Source: Anaerohalosphaeraceae bacterium
Lineage (GTDB): Bacteria; Planctomycetota; Phycisphaerae; Sedimentisphaerales; Anaerohalosphaeraceae
Length of the DNA stretch: 25,107 nt
Direction of reading: 5' to 3'
Assembly: GCA_050309605.1 (NCBI GenBank)
Contig: JBNRMN010000085.1
Span: 1-25,107 of the forward strand
Below the pieces are notes generated by a model, which ran no database searches, was not told the DNA's origin, and was given only the letters and a program-made list of their open reading frames with translations. Below, one piece after another: positions 16,525 to 25,107 of the stretch. The translations under genes were made by a program, and so were the position numbers. The stretch's first letter is position 1, and every line of letters starts with the position of its first letter.

Positions 16525-17077
16525 CCCGCTCCTTCCTTAAGGTCGCGAAGACGCGTAACTGTGCCAACTTGGACTCGTATAGCCAGCGCCCTAGTACGGC
16601 CCCCAGAAGACCGAGGACGAATTGAGCTCCGGCCAAAGTGAGAAGAAGTGGTCGTAGCTTTTCCACGCCCGGAAGCCCGAGCAGGCTTATGGCCGCGAAG
16701 ATGGTCACAATGCTCGTCGTTGCAGCAGCTCCGCCGCCGAGGTAGACCGCCCATCGCCGGCGTTGCCCGATGGCGACAGCGATATCGTACACAAGGCCGA
16801 TAGCGAGACCAATCATTGGCTTGTAGATGCCCGGAGGTCCACCGATCACCGTTGGGATCGCAAGGGAAAACGTCACCAGCATCATCAAGGTCGCGCTACC
16901 AAACCGCGGCACGGCTTGAGCGCCGATCACTGCAATCGCAACACAAACGAAGATGTTGAGCAGTCCGCCAGTTGCAGGAATTCCAGTGGCCAGAATAAGG
17001 CCAGTGCCGAGAACAAAGGCAATAGCAAAGGTCGCGGCCCCAAATACACCGCATGCAGCAGCTTGCTTGGAAGTCAT
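16508..17077 (-). CDS. ECF transporter substrate-binding S component (substrate unknown)
   Basis: 189 aa with about 6 TM helices and a PRFGSAT motif; directly upstream of and overlapping the ATPase gene. Confidence 0.75.
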   Translation of the reverse strand: MTSKQAAACGVFGAATFAIAFVLGTGLILATGIPATGGLLNIFVCVAIAVIGAQAVPRFGSATLMMLVTFSLAIPTVIGGPPGIYKPMIGLAIGLVYDIAVAIGQRRRWAVYLGGGAAATTSIVTIFAAISLLGLPGVEKLRPLLLTLAGAQFVLGLLGAVLGRWLYESKLAQLRVFATLRKERDEPDR

Positions 17078-19293
17078 GACGTCTCCTTTGGCGGGTCAAT
17101 GCTAGTCCCATCGTAGTACAAGGTAATAGGTCCATCTGCGGAAACGCACAAGACCACAACTCTTGACGTATCGTTTGGTTTCGACATACTGAGAAGACGA
17201 GCAGATGTGTGTCGTGCGCCATTCTTCAGAGTCTTTGCTTCCCGCTCCGAGCCATACCACTGCTTATCGTTAGACGAAATCGCAGGCATCAAGTACCTCC
17301 GGCCAAGTACCAACGACTGATCATCTACGCATAAGACAACTGCTCCGTCCTCGATTGCGAGGTGATAAAGATCATCCTCATAAGAGTCCTCCAATTTGTA
17401 TCGCTCGAAATACACCCGTGTCATCGGATAGCTCAATTGATCAGCCTCAGCGACTGAGCTGACGAGAACAAATGCACCTCCCTGCTTATTATCCACTAAT
17501 TTCTCGATGACCCGATAAAGGACCTTACACCATTGTGGGAGATCGTCGCTCGATAATGTCGTATCGAAATATCGCTCATATGCCTTCTTCACCGCTTCCC
17601 ATGGCTTCCACTGCCTTCTTTCCGCGAAGCGGTCGCCAGTCCACTGACCACGCTGGACCTTAATGCCTCCTCCAGGATGGGTACATTTTATGCGATAAAC
17701 GCCTTCCGAGCCGCACTCATAAACGACAAGCGCGGGATTGCGCTTACACAACTCTTCGATAACTTCATACCGAGTGCGGAGTTGAGCCGGAAACAGAAAC
17801 CCGCGATCAAAAGTAGCTCTATGCAAAGATATAGTATCTCCGTCTGTCTGAGCCCAAAGAACAGCATCACGCTGTTGGAAAAATGAGTAGTTGCCAAGAA
17901 TTGCGCAAGCGACTCGCTCATAGTGAATTTCATGGTCAGTACATTCAGGATGTGTAGAGCATTTCCGGGACACTTCTTCAGGCGGACTCGGATCAGGACG
18001 TAACTTATGATTCTGCACTGGACATGGCTGTAATATCTCGGGTTCGCGGTCCTGCCCTTCGTTGAGGTAGTAGGTCAAGCGGTCATCTCTCACGGGCTTG
18101 TTTGTAGCCTGTCCATTAGAAAGATGGCCGCTATTCGCATGACTGTCTTCGTAGTCGAGCGGGGGGAGCGAACAGCGAAGACCATTGTGTACGGCAGACG
18201 GCAAGCCCGTCACGACGTGGAAGGACAGAGCCTGGCCTTCATGCTTCTGCCGCGAAAGCTTCTCTGCAAGCCTCAGCACTGAAAGTTCTGCACCAGGAGC
18301 AAAATCGCCCAGTTGTGGTTCTTTGGTTCCGTACACGTAATCGAAGATTTCGTGAAAGACATCGCTGTGCATTTTGTAAAATTCTTGGCTGGCTGACGTT
18401 CCCCGCTCAATAGCCAGATTGACAGAGCACCACGGCCAGACCAGCCGATAGCCACCGTTTCGATTCTTTCCTGGCGGATAGAGTAGCAGGAAACCACTAA
18501 GGCTCTTGTTCGTTTTGCGGGTAAGGTACTCCAGCCAGAAAATGCTTGATTGGAGAAGCTGAAGCAACGGATCGATGCTTTGCCTAAATTCATTCTCATC
18601 CATAGGATCTCGGGGCGGATAGGTAGTCCTCCCGGGTGCACCAAAAACTTCAATTGCTGAGAACTCATTCAGGAAGGTGAGGATCGGCTGGTATTCGCAA
18701 GCGTTAGCGGAGTGGCACATAGCTAAGTAGGTATCGAGCCTTGCCTTGCGCAGGACATCCTTAGAATCTGACTGGTCGGTATTATTGTTCGTAATTTGGC
18801 AAATAAAATCACCCAAAAGAATCTCTGCCAGCTTGGCAGGGTATTCTATTGTCAGGCTGTCTTTATCTTTTTGCACATATCGCTGCCTAGCCTCAGTCGT
18901 TCGCTGCAATATCACGGTTGCTGGGGCTTCATGTGTCTCTTTGGAGGAATTCAGCCAGCCCCGTCGAAAGAAGTCAGTCATTACTTGAGTAAACCGATAG
19001 GCAGGATCAAATGCACCGGTCAATCGCTCAAACAACTCCCACTCCTGCTGTGGATAAATCGCCCAGATACTCCCATGGTGGGATAGCGAACGGTAGTGCC
19101 AACAACCCGCAACAATCGCGTCACACAGAACATCCGGAAAACAAGCTTGGGCGAATTCTTGGTCTCTATTCATCTGGATATCCGACAATAGTCTCTCAAG
19201 AGCACGATATGGCGGGATCTGCTCTTTTTCGACTATAACACGCGATTGCGAGATTAACTGGGCGATGCGCTCACGCATGGAGTCCGCTGCCAT
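17074..19293 (-). CDS. Large protein with C-terminal diadenylate cyclase (DisA_N/DAC)-like domain and unrecognised N-terminal region
   Basis: QGGAFVLV, LAIEDGAVVL (DGA motif), GARHTSA (RHR-like motif) and VSADG. Start re-assigned to ATG 19293 (TGATG overlap with the upstream stop, GGGAG RBS). Confidence 0.78.
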   Translation of the reverse strand: MAADSMRERIAQLISQSRVIVEKEQIPPYRALERLLSDIQMNRDQEFAQACFPDVLCDAIVAGCWHYRSLSHHGSIWAIYPQQEWELFERLTGAFDPAYRFTQVMTDFFRRGWLNSSKETHEAPATVILQRTTEARQRYVQKDKDSLTIEYPAKLAEILLGDFICQITNNNTDQSDSKDVLRKARLDTYLAMCHSANACEYQPILTFLNEFSAIEVFGAPGRTTYPPRDPMDENEFRQSIDPLLQLLQSSIFWLEYLTRKTNKSLSGFLLLYPPGKNRNGGYRLVWPWCSVNLAIERGTSASQEFYKMHSDVFHEIFDYVYGTKEPQLGDFAPGAELSVLRLAEKLSRQKHEGQALSFHVVTGLPSAVHNGLRCSLPPLDYEDSHANSGHLSNGQATNKPVRDDRLTYYLNEGQDREPEILQPCPVQNHKLRPDPSPPEEVSRKCSTHPECTDHEIHYERVACAILGNYSFFQQRDAVLWAQTDGDTISLHRATFDRGFLFPAQLRTRYEVIEELCKRNPALVVYECGSEGVYRIKCTHPGGGIKVQRGQWTGDRFAERRQWKPWEAVKKAYERYFDTTLSSDDLPQWCKVLYRVIEKLVDNKQGGAFVLVSSVAEADQLSYPMTRVYFERYKLEDSYEDDLYHLAIEDGAVVLCVDDQSLVLGRRYLMPAISSNDKQWYGSEREAKTLKNGARHTSARLLSMSKPNDTSRVVVLCVSADGPITLYYDGTSIDPPKETS

Positions 19294-20070
19294 CACAATC
19301 TCCCTGATGAGCCATGTGTCAATACTCCGCATTCAACCTTTTGCCTATGTGAAAGATGCCGCTCAAACCAGGAATGGAAGACGGCCCACCACTCTTCAAA
19401 CAACGAACGAGGATGGTCGCCAACATCGTAACCTTGCTTGAGTAGAGCGAGTTGACCTTCACGGATGTAAGAGAAAACCGTCAACACCTCATGTAACGAG
19501 GATCGAGTTAAGTTCCGTTCATCCAAAGCATGAGTCATCAAGGTCGGGACGCGAAGCTTTGAGATTGCACGGCAAGGGTCATATTCCCAGTCAATCGCAT
19601 CCGGGTCCCATCGCACCTTGTGTTCGGACATCATGGTCAGTGCCCGTTGCTTGACCTTGTTCGGCATGAACACCAAGCCATATATGGCGAGTGCCTTGAT
19701 CGGGTGCTTCTCTCCGCGGATCAGGTAATCCATGGCGGCATACGTTCCCGTGCACTGCGCAAGCATGACCTGTCGGTTCGCGTCAACAGCTGGATGGTCT
19801 TGGCATGCGGCCACAACAGCAGCCAAGTCTTCGGTAGCGTTCTGTACAGAAAGCATCCCACCGGCTGCCTCCCTGTCCTCTGAAATTGCAGAACACGGCC
19901 GTATATCCGTTATCGGCGATGACATTGGCCATCGTGCGGATGTAGGGAAGAACGCCGTAAGCGTTTCCCGCCATGAAGACGACTGGACAAGGGCCAGTGA
20001 CACCCCGGCCGGGTATAAGCCATGTTTCTATCGTCTCACCATGAGACACAACGTGAATGTGTTCACTCAT
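19293..20070 (-). pseudogene. Alpha/beta hydrolase with AQCTG nucleophile elbow, split by one extra base near 19863 (pseudogene or sequencing error)
   Basis: Frame 1 (start 20070) runs PVVFMAG...ADNGYTAVFCNFRGQGGS. Frame 2 continues GGMLSVQNATEDLAAVV...VDANRQVMLAQCTG...VPTLMTHALDE. The minus strand reads GGC AGC C GGT GGG ATG. Confidence 0.8.
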
Positions 20071-20864
20071 TTGGCTTTCTCCAGACAGCGGATAGTCCTT
20101 GCAGAGTCACGTCTGTTCGGCCTTCTCGCTCTTGTCGAACCTTGCTTTCTGCTAGCGTCCGCCAGTATTTTATTAAAGACTTCTATCAATTTTCCGTAAA
20201 GTTATAGGAGACGATTTTATGGGACCCTTCTCCCATCGATTCGCGGTGGATCACGTCACACCGACCTTAGCCGCGAACCCGCTTCTGGGTTAATCCAAGC
20301 TAGACTCGCAACTTCCAGATTATCTCCGCTATTGCGCCGTTGTTATCTTTCGGCATTCAAATCATTCTGTCCTTGGCTGTGAGACTCCGTAAATCTCGAA
20401 AGTCCTCGCAAATAATAGGCGCATTATAGGGCATGCAAAATCGCTGTCAATCGAATTCTCCACCGGTCGTGGACCGTGGACTGCTCGAACGTCGCGGCGA
20501 ACATGAAGAACCCGTCCGCGATATCTTTCTTGAAAATGTGAAAGTTGATAAGACCACCGAGAGGGCAAAAACTTAGAAATGCCGAAAATATTCTGGAAAA
20601 GAATGTTCGATTCTGAAACCAAATAGTCAGACCCTAAAAGATATCCTGAATTTGCCTGAACGATATTTCCATTATACTGGATTCAGTTTTACACCAAAAT
20701 AACGTTCAGCGGGCGGTACTGTTGCAGCCCACCGTTATTCTGCACTCTCAAGCTGTTAACTGCCCAAGAAAAAAATGTCTTGATGCTTAATTCTGTCAAC
20801 TATCAGAGCAAATATAAGTCCATTCTTTACATGGCTTTATGTAACATACTTCGGTTTGAAAGTC

Positions 20865-20880
20865 ATCCCGCTCGGGGAGC
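20865..20880 (+). other. 3' fragment of a tRNA (Asn-like); probable attR of the island/prophage
   Basis: ATCCCGCTCGGGGAG fits T-loop end + T-stem CCCGC + acceptor strand TCGGGGA + discriminator G (A72/G73, as in bacterial tRNA-Asn). No 5' tRNA half upstream; a terminator follows. Confidence 0.62.
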
Positions 20881-20885
20881 TAATC

Positions 20886-20916
20886 GCCCTCTACAAACCC
20901 GTAGAGGGCTTTTTTT
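20886..20916 (+). terminator. Rho-independent terminator (likely the original tRNA terminator)
   Basis: GCCCTCTAC-AAACCC-GTAGAGGGC followed by TTTTTTT. Confidence 0.88.
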
Positions 20917-21076
20917 ATGCCCATTTTGACACCCCACGAATCGATGGGCTATTATGGGTTATGTCAAAAAATACCCATTATCTTTGAAAATGTTGTGAAT
21001 TCGGGATTTTGTTTACATACCATAATCAGAGCATTTACAGAAAGCGTTAAGCTGGGCAGGAAGAAAAAGGTGTTAG

Positions 21077-21592
21077 ATGTCCAAAAAAGATGAATTTGTC
21101 GGTTATTTTATCAAATATCAGCAGCATCTGTTTAACTTTATACTGACATTAGTGCCCAATTACTCGGATGCGGAGGATATTTTGCAAAAATCAGCCAGCA
21201 TTATGTGGGATAAGTTTGACACCTTTGACAGCAGCACCCTTTTTTTGACGTGGGCGCGGAAAATTGTCAGATTTAATATATCCAATTATTACAGAACAAA
21301 AAAGAAAGAGTACCGGCTTGACGATGATCTTCTTGAGCGTCTGTGTTCGGTTCACCAAGAGGCGTCGGTGTATTTCGAAGAGCAACGCGCGGCACTGAAA
21401 ATTTGCATGAGCAAACTCGATCGAACAGATCGACATTTATTGGAGTTGCGGTATTATCAACGTGTTTCGGTACAGGACATCGCCCGAAAATTTAATAAGC
21501 CGGCCCATTTTCTTTATCGGCGGATTTCTATGATTTTTGTTTCACTGCAACGCTGTATAACCCGCGCGATGATGTCAGGGGATGTGGTATGA
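21077..21592 (+). CDS. ECF RNA polymerase sigma-70 factor, Planctomycete/Verrucomicrobia type
   Basis: LFNFILTLVPNYSDAEDILQ...WDKFDTF...FLTWARKIVRF...ALKICMSKL...LLELRYYQ...LQRCI. Confidence 0.9.
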   Translation: MSKKDEFVGYFIKYQQHLFNFILTLVPNYSDAEDILQKSASIMWDKFDTFDSSTLFLTWARKIVRFNISNYYRTKKKEYRLDDDLLERLCSVHQEASVYFEEQRAALKICMSKLDRTDRHLLELRYYQRVSVQDIARKFNKPAHFLYRRISMIFVSLQRCITRAMMSGDVV

Positions 21593-23253
21593 ATTCGCTT
21601 GATGTGAGGCAGTTGTACACTTTGATTACCGCTTCGGTTGAAGGAGACATTACGCCGGAGCAGTTTTTGCACTTGAAGGAATTGCTATGCGCTCATCCTC
21701 AGGCGATGCGCTATTATGTGGATTATATATCGATCCTGTGTCATATCCGCTCAAGTGATTCCGTTGACCAGATGACCGGTTCGGATGCGTTTGATGAGGC
21801 GTTTTGGGAACTGCTTTTGCAGCATGAAAACACCGCGCCGGCCATTGATCTGCCGCGGTCGTGTACGCCGCCTGAACCCGCGCTCGTCAGTCCGCAGGAT
21901 CGGCCGACCGGCAATCGGCGCATTTCAAAATCGTCAATTATTTCTTTGATCGTATCGACCGCGGCGATCCTTTTTCTTGTTTTGTTTGCATGGTTTGCGC
22001 CGCCCAAGTCAGGGATTTCGGTTGCCACCTTGAAAGACAGCCTGAACGCCAAATGGGCCGATCCGCCACAGTTGATGCGCCATGGAACACGACTTCAGAC
22101 CGGCTCGGAGATGCTGCTGCTTCGGGATGGGCTTGCGACCCTGGTCTTTGATAATGATGCCACGATAGTGCTGGAAGGGCCGGCGGAATTTCAAATTCTG
22201 ACCAGCGATCAAATCAACCTCAATTACGGACGGATTTACGCCATTATCCCGCCGCAGGCCTATGGTTTTCTGGTCAATACGCCGACTGCCAAGATCATTG
22301 ATTTGGGGACGGAGTTCGGCGTTCAGCAGGATATGCACGGAAACACGGAGCTGCACGTTGTTCGCGGCAAGACAAGCCTTGTTTCAGGGGTCAAAGGGAG
22401 CCGAATCAATGTGTATGTCGAAGCGGGAGCCGCCAAACGACTTGATGTCAGGGCCGGACAAATTGAAGACGTCGCTTGTGACACCACGCTGTTTGCCCGT
22501 CGTATCGATTCCGACACACAATTTGTTTGGCGGGGTCAGAACAAGCTGGACCTGGCCGATATTGTCGGCGGCGGCAACGGATTCGGGACAGGACAACTCG
22601 ATACAGGAATCAATCCGACCTCCGGCAGGCCGGCGTCGGTACTTCTTGAGACACAATCTGCACCCAATGACTTTCGTCCGGTGTTATTTAATCCCTATAT
22701 TGACGGAGTTTTTATTCCCGACGGACGGACGCCACAGATTATCAGTTCCGAGGGACATCTGTTTGAAGCCTGTCCGCCCACAAGCGGTCATTGCTTTAAC
22801 AATGTCCTCAATACGGTAAGACTTTATGATTTTCAGGCCTTTCGGGGCATGCCGCAGCCAAGCGGCCCCAGCGCGTTCAAATGTTTACTGCTGCATGCCA
22901 ATATCGGCGTTACTTATGACCTTCAGGCCTTGCGTGCGCTCTTGCCGGACGTCAATTTTGTTCGTTTTGTATCCCGATTCGGCATTGAAAAAGAAGCGAT
23001 GCGTCCTGCGCTGAGCAATGCTGATTTCTGGATATTGGTCGATGGTCGGCTGCAATACAAGAAAACCCAAGTGGGGTGGGGAGAATTTTACGATATTGAG
23101 CTGCCGCTTTCCGAGCAGAATCGTTTTTTGACTCTTGTCGTGACCGATGGTCAGGATCCCAATGAGCGTTTTTATGAGAACCGGGACTATCCGCCGATTG
23201 ACAGCGATTGGGGGATGTTTGTTGATCCGGTTCTGATTTTGGAATCGGAATGA
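21589..23253 (+). CDS. FecR-domain anti-sigma factor with C-terminal NPCBM/NEW2-like domain
   Basis: ATGA overlap with the sigma gene; one TM helix; LEGPAEF, VNTPTAKIIDLGTEFGV and ELHVVRG; C-terminal ADFWILVDG...RFLTLVVTDG...DWGMFVDPVL. Confidence 0.85.
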   Translation: MNSLDVRQLYTLITASVEGDITPEQFLHLKELLCAHPQAMRYYVDYISILCHIRSSDSVDQMTGSDAFDEAFWELLLQHENTAPAIDLPRSCTPPEPALVSPQDRPTGNRRISKSSIISLIVSTAAILFLVLFAWFAPPKSGISVATLKDSLNAKWADPPQLMRHGTRLQTGSEMLLLRDGLATLVFDNDATIVLEGPAEFQILTSDQINLNYGRIYAIIPPQAYGFLVNTPTAKIIDLGTEFGVQQDMHGNTELHVVRGKTSLVSGVKGSRINVYVEAGAAKRLDVRAGQIEDVACDTTLFARRIDSDTQFVWRGQNKLDLADIVGGGNGFGTGQLDTGINPTSGRPASVLLETQSAPNDFRPVLFNPYIDGVFIPDGRTPQIISSEGHLFEACPPTSGHCFNNVLNTVRLYDFQAFRGMPQPSGPSAFKCLLLHANIGVTYDLQALRALLPDVNFVRFVSRFGIEKEAMRPALSNADFWILVDGRLQYKKTQVGWGEFYDIELPLSEQNRFLTLVVTDGQDPNERFYENRDYPPIDSDWGMFVDPVLILESE

Positions 23254-23422
23254 AGATAAATGGCACAAATCCAATTGTTCGATCAATCGAAGAAAGGAGG
23301 TTGACGTCAAAGACATTGAAATGTGGAGTTAAGTATGATCCGTAGGAAAGTGATTGTTTGGGTAGGGATACATTAAAATGTGGGTATTTGCCCGAAACTT
23401 AAATTTTTTGGAGGTTTGAAAG

Positions 23423-24079
23423 ATGAAAAGAGTATTGGTTCTTTCAATGGTGGCTGTGTTGGCCACAGCGGTACAGGCGGTTGACATCTCATCGTCGTTC
23501 ACTAATCTGGATTTTGACAGCGGAATTACTCATATTGCCACTGGATTTGACAATCCGAATGCAGATATCATTGGCTGGAGCGACTATCCTGCCCACCCTT
23601 TGACTGACGCAGGGGTTGAAGGACCCAGTGCCTGGTGGCTTCCTGATGATTATGCTTATGGGCAGGCGGCCTTTATGGGGCCCGGCGACGGCGCCTACAA
23701 CATGAGCAATTACGTCATTCAGGCTGATGATGTATTTACCATTAGCTATTTGGCCGGCGTGTGGGGTTGGCAGGGTAACGGAGACGGGAGAGGTGAGTGG
23801 ACGGCCACCTTGTTCTATGACGATCCCGCCAATGTAATCGGAAGTTACGTACAGGACTTTGTCTGGGTTTCGTTGGGTGATGGGGTCTGGTATTCTGACC
23901 CTGTCGGAATCGCGGCAACGCCTGAATCGGTCGGTGGTACACTCGGCATTCTTTTCCAGAATACGACGGGTGACAAGATCTCACAGATCGATGAAATTAG
24001 CGTGACGGTCATTCCGGAGCCGGCAACGATGGCTCTGCTGGGCCTGGGTTCTCTGGTAATAGCCCGAAAACGCAAATAA
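23423..24079 (+). CDS. PEP-CTERM sorting domain secreted protein
   Basis: Signal peptide MKRVLVLSMVAVLATAVQA and C-terminal VIPEPATMALLGLGSLVIARKRK. Confidence 0.92.
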   Translation: MKRVLVLSMVAVLATAVQAVDISSSFTNLDFDSGITHIATGFDNPNADIIGWSDYPAHPLTDAGVEGPSAWWLPDDYAYGQAAFMGPGDGAYNMSNYVIQADDVFTISYLAGVWGWQGNGDGRGEWTATLFYDDPANVIGSYVQDFVWVSLGDGVWYSDPVGIAATPESVGGTLGILFQNTTGDKISQIDEISVTVIPEPATMALLGLGSLVIARKRK

Positions 24080-24111
24080 GTGGTTATGAATGAAGTCTTT
24101 TTAGTCGAAAT

Positions 24112-24143
24112 TCTGCTGATGGTTCTCAAGGACCATCAGCAGA
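24112..24143 (+). other. Intergenic stem-loop without U-tract
   Basis: TCTGCTGATGGT (24112-24123) / ACCATCAGCAGA (24132-24143), a 12-bp perfect stem. Confidence 0.6.
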
Positions 24144-24227
24144 TCGGCTGAAAAAGCGTGTATCAGATCATGAAAAGTAAAATCGTGCTACTAAGTATCA
24201 ATTTATTCTTTTAGTAGGAGAATTAAA

Positions 24228-25107
24228 ATGAAAAAAGTATTAGTTCTATTAATGGCGGCTGCGTTGGCCACAGTAGTACAGGCGGAAGAAGACATCTCAT
24301 CGTTATTCACTAATCTGGATTTTGACAGCGGAATTACTCATATTGCCACTGGATTTGATAATCCGAATGCAGATATCATTGGCTGGAGCGACTATCCTGC
24401 CCACCCTTTGAATGACGCAGGGGTTGAGGGACCAAGTGCCTGGTGGCTTCCTGATGATTATGCTTATGGGCAGGCGGCCTTTATGTCTCCGGGCGACGGC
24501 GCCTACAACATGAGCAGTTACGTCATTCGGTCCGGTGATGTATTTACCGTTAGTTTTTTGGCCGGCGTGTGGGGTTGGGAAGGTAGCGGAGACGGGAGAG
24601 GTGAGTGGACGGTTACCTTGTTCTATGACGATCCCGCCAATGTAATCGGAAGTTTCGTACAGGAATTTACCAATGTGGGGTTGGGAGATGTGGTCCGGTT
24701 TACTGACCCTGACGGGATCACAGCCACTCCTGAATCGGCCGGCGGTACACTCGGCATTCTTCTCCAGAATACGACGGGTGACAAGATAGCGCAGATCGAT
24801 GAAATCACCGTTAGTTTTGTTGGGACCATAGGACCTTATGATCCTGTGGTTAAGCCGGAAAATCCCGAAGGTTCAGTCGGTGTACTCATCAACAATGAGC
24901 AGGCCGAGGTCACACTGAGTTGGAAGGCCGGAGCCGATCCGGACGAAGAGCGGGGATATCCGGTTGACCCGGATATTCTGGGCCATTACATTTTTCTTTC
25001 CAGCGGCAATCCGGGCGACGATCCCAACGTTCATTTGATTGATTATGTCCCCCAGGTTCATGCGGAAGACCCGTATGAAACCGATCCGTACAATGAGTAT
25101 GGTCCGA
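24228..25107 (+). CDS. Secreted multidomain protein (runs off the window); N-terminal domain is a near-copy of the preceding PEP-CTERM protein
   Basis: AGGAG RBS, MKKVLVLLMAAALATVVQAEEDISSLFTNLDFDSGITHIATGFDNPNADIIGW..., open to the window end. Continues VTLSWKAGADP...HYIFLS instead of PEP-CTERM. Not in the ORF track because it has no stop. Confidence 0.88.
   Translation, partial: MKKVLVLLMAAALATVVQAEEDISSLFTNLDFDSGITHIATGFDNPNADIIGWSDYPAHPLNDAGVEGPSAWWLPDDYAYGQAAFMSPGDGAYNMSSYVIRSGDVFTVSFLAGVWGWEGSGDGRGEWTVTLFYDDPANVIGSFVQEFTNVGLGDVVRFTDPDGITATPESAGGTLGILLQNTTGDKIAQIDEITVSFVGTIGPYDPVVKPENPEGSVGVLINNEQAEVTLSWKAGADPDEERGYPVDPDILGHYIFLSSGNPGDDPNVHLIDYVPQVHAEDPYETDPYNEYGP

Noticed and set aside
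14384..17077. Calling the ECF module a cobalt/nickel (cbiMQO) or specific vitamin transporter
   Set aside because: The S component lacks the CbiM/NikM N-terminal MH motif, and no substrate can be supported from the sequence.
20204..20212. ATAGGAGAC matching the IS110 right junction
   Set aside because: The match does not extend into the rest of the right end; a short SD-like word is expected by chance.
20071..20400. Riboswitch upstream of the hydrolase-DAC-ECF operon
   Set aside because: Small hairpins exist (20219-20236 and 20240-20277), but I found no TPP, cobalamin, FMN, SAM or c-di-AMP consensus. An Rfam/Infernal scan would be needed.
20362..20622. 86-aa minus-strand ORF in the intergenic region
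   Set aside because: No clear RBS or motif; the region looks like non-coding island-end sequence.
20698..20739. attC-like hairpin AATAACG...CGTTATT
   Set aside because: Too short for an attC site, single copy, and no integron integrase or cassette array.

Overview
This looks like the right-hand part of a nested mobile region in a Planctomycete. The host genes after ~21.0 kb (Planctomycete-type ECF sigma, FecR-like anti-sigma, PEP-CTERM protein and a paralog) suggest Phycisphaerae/Sedimentisphaerales. From left to right: (1) 1-6699 is a satellite-like module: prohead protease-major capsid fusion, AAA_25/RepA-like helicase, iteron-like origin, cos-like motif, zinc-finger microprotein, sigma-like regulator and large serine recombinase (LSR). 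The LSR frame ends in MQDYRGALKMKGEA*, which aligns with the C-terminus of a major capsid protein. The element therefore appears to have integrated into the 3' end of a prophage capsid gene, and the prophage head genes resume downstream. (2) A yefM-yoeB moron, then DUF2190 head decoration, head-tail and tail-terminator-like genes. (3) A complete IS110 element (about 8730-10107) inserted in an AGGAG Shine-Dalgarno motif. Its circle junction forms a promoter and its left end holds a candidate bridge RNA with matches to both target and donor. (4) Cargo: a RecD-like helicase-nuclease plus an HNH-like nuclease, and a five-gene operon (frameshifted Cys-nucleophile alpha/beta hydrolase, large diadenylate-cyclase-domain protein, ECF transporter S/AA'/T). 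(5) A tRNA-Asn-like 3' fragment plus terminator at ~20.87-20.92 kb, probably the island's attR. All family calls come from motif recognition by eye; no database searches were run.
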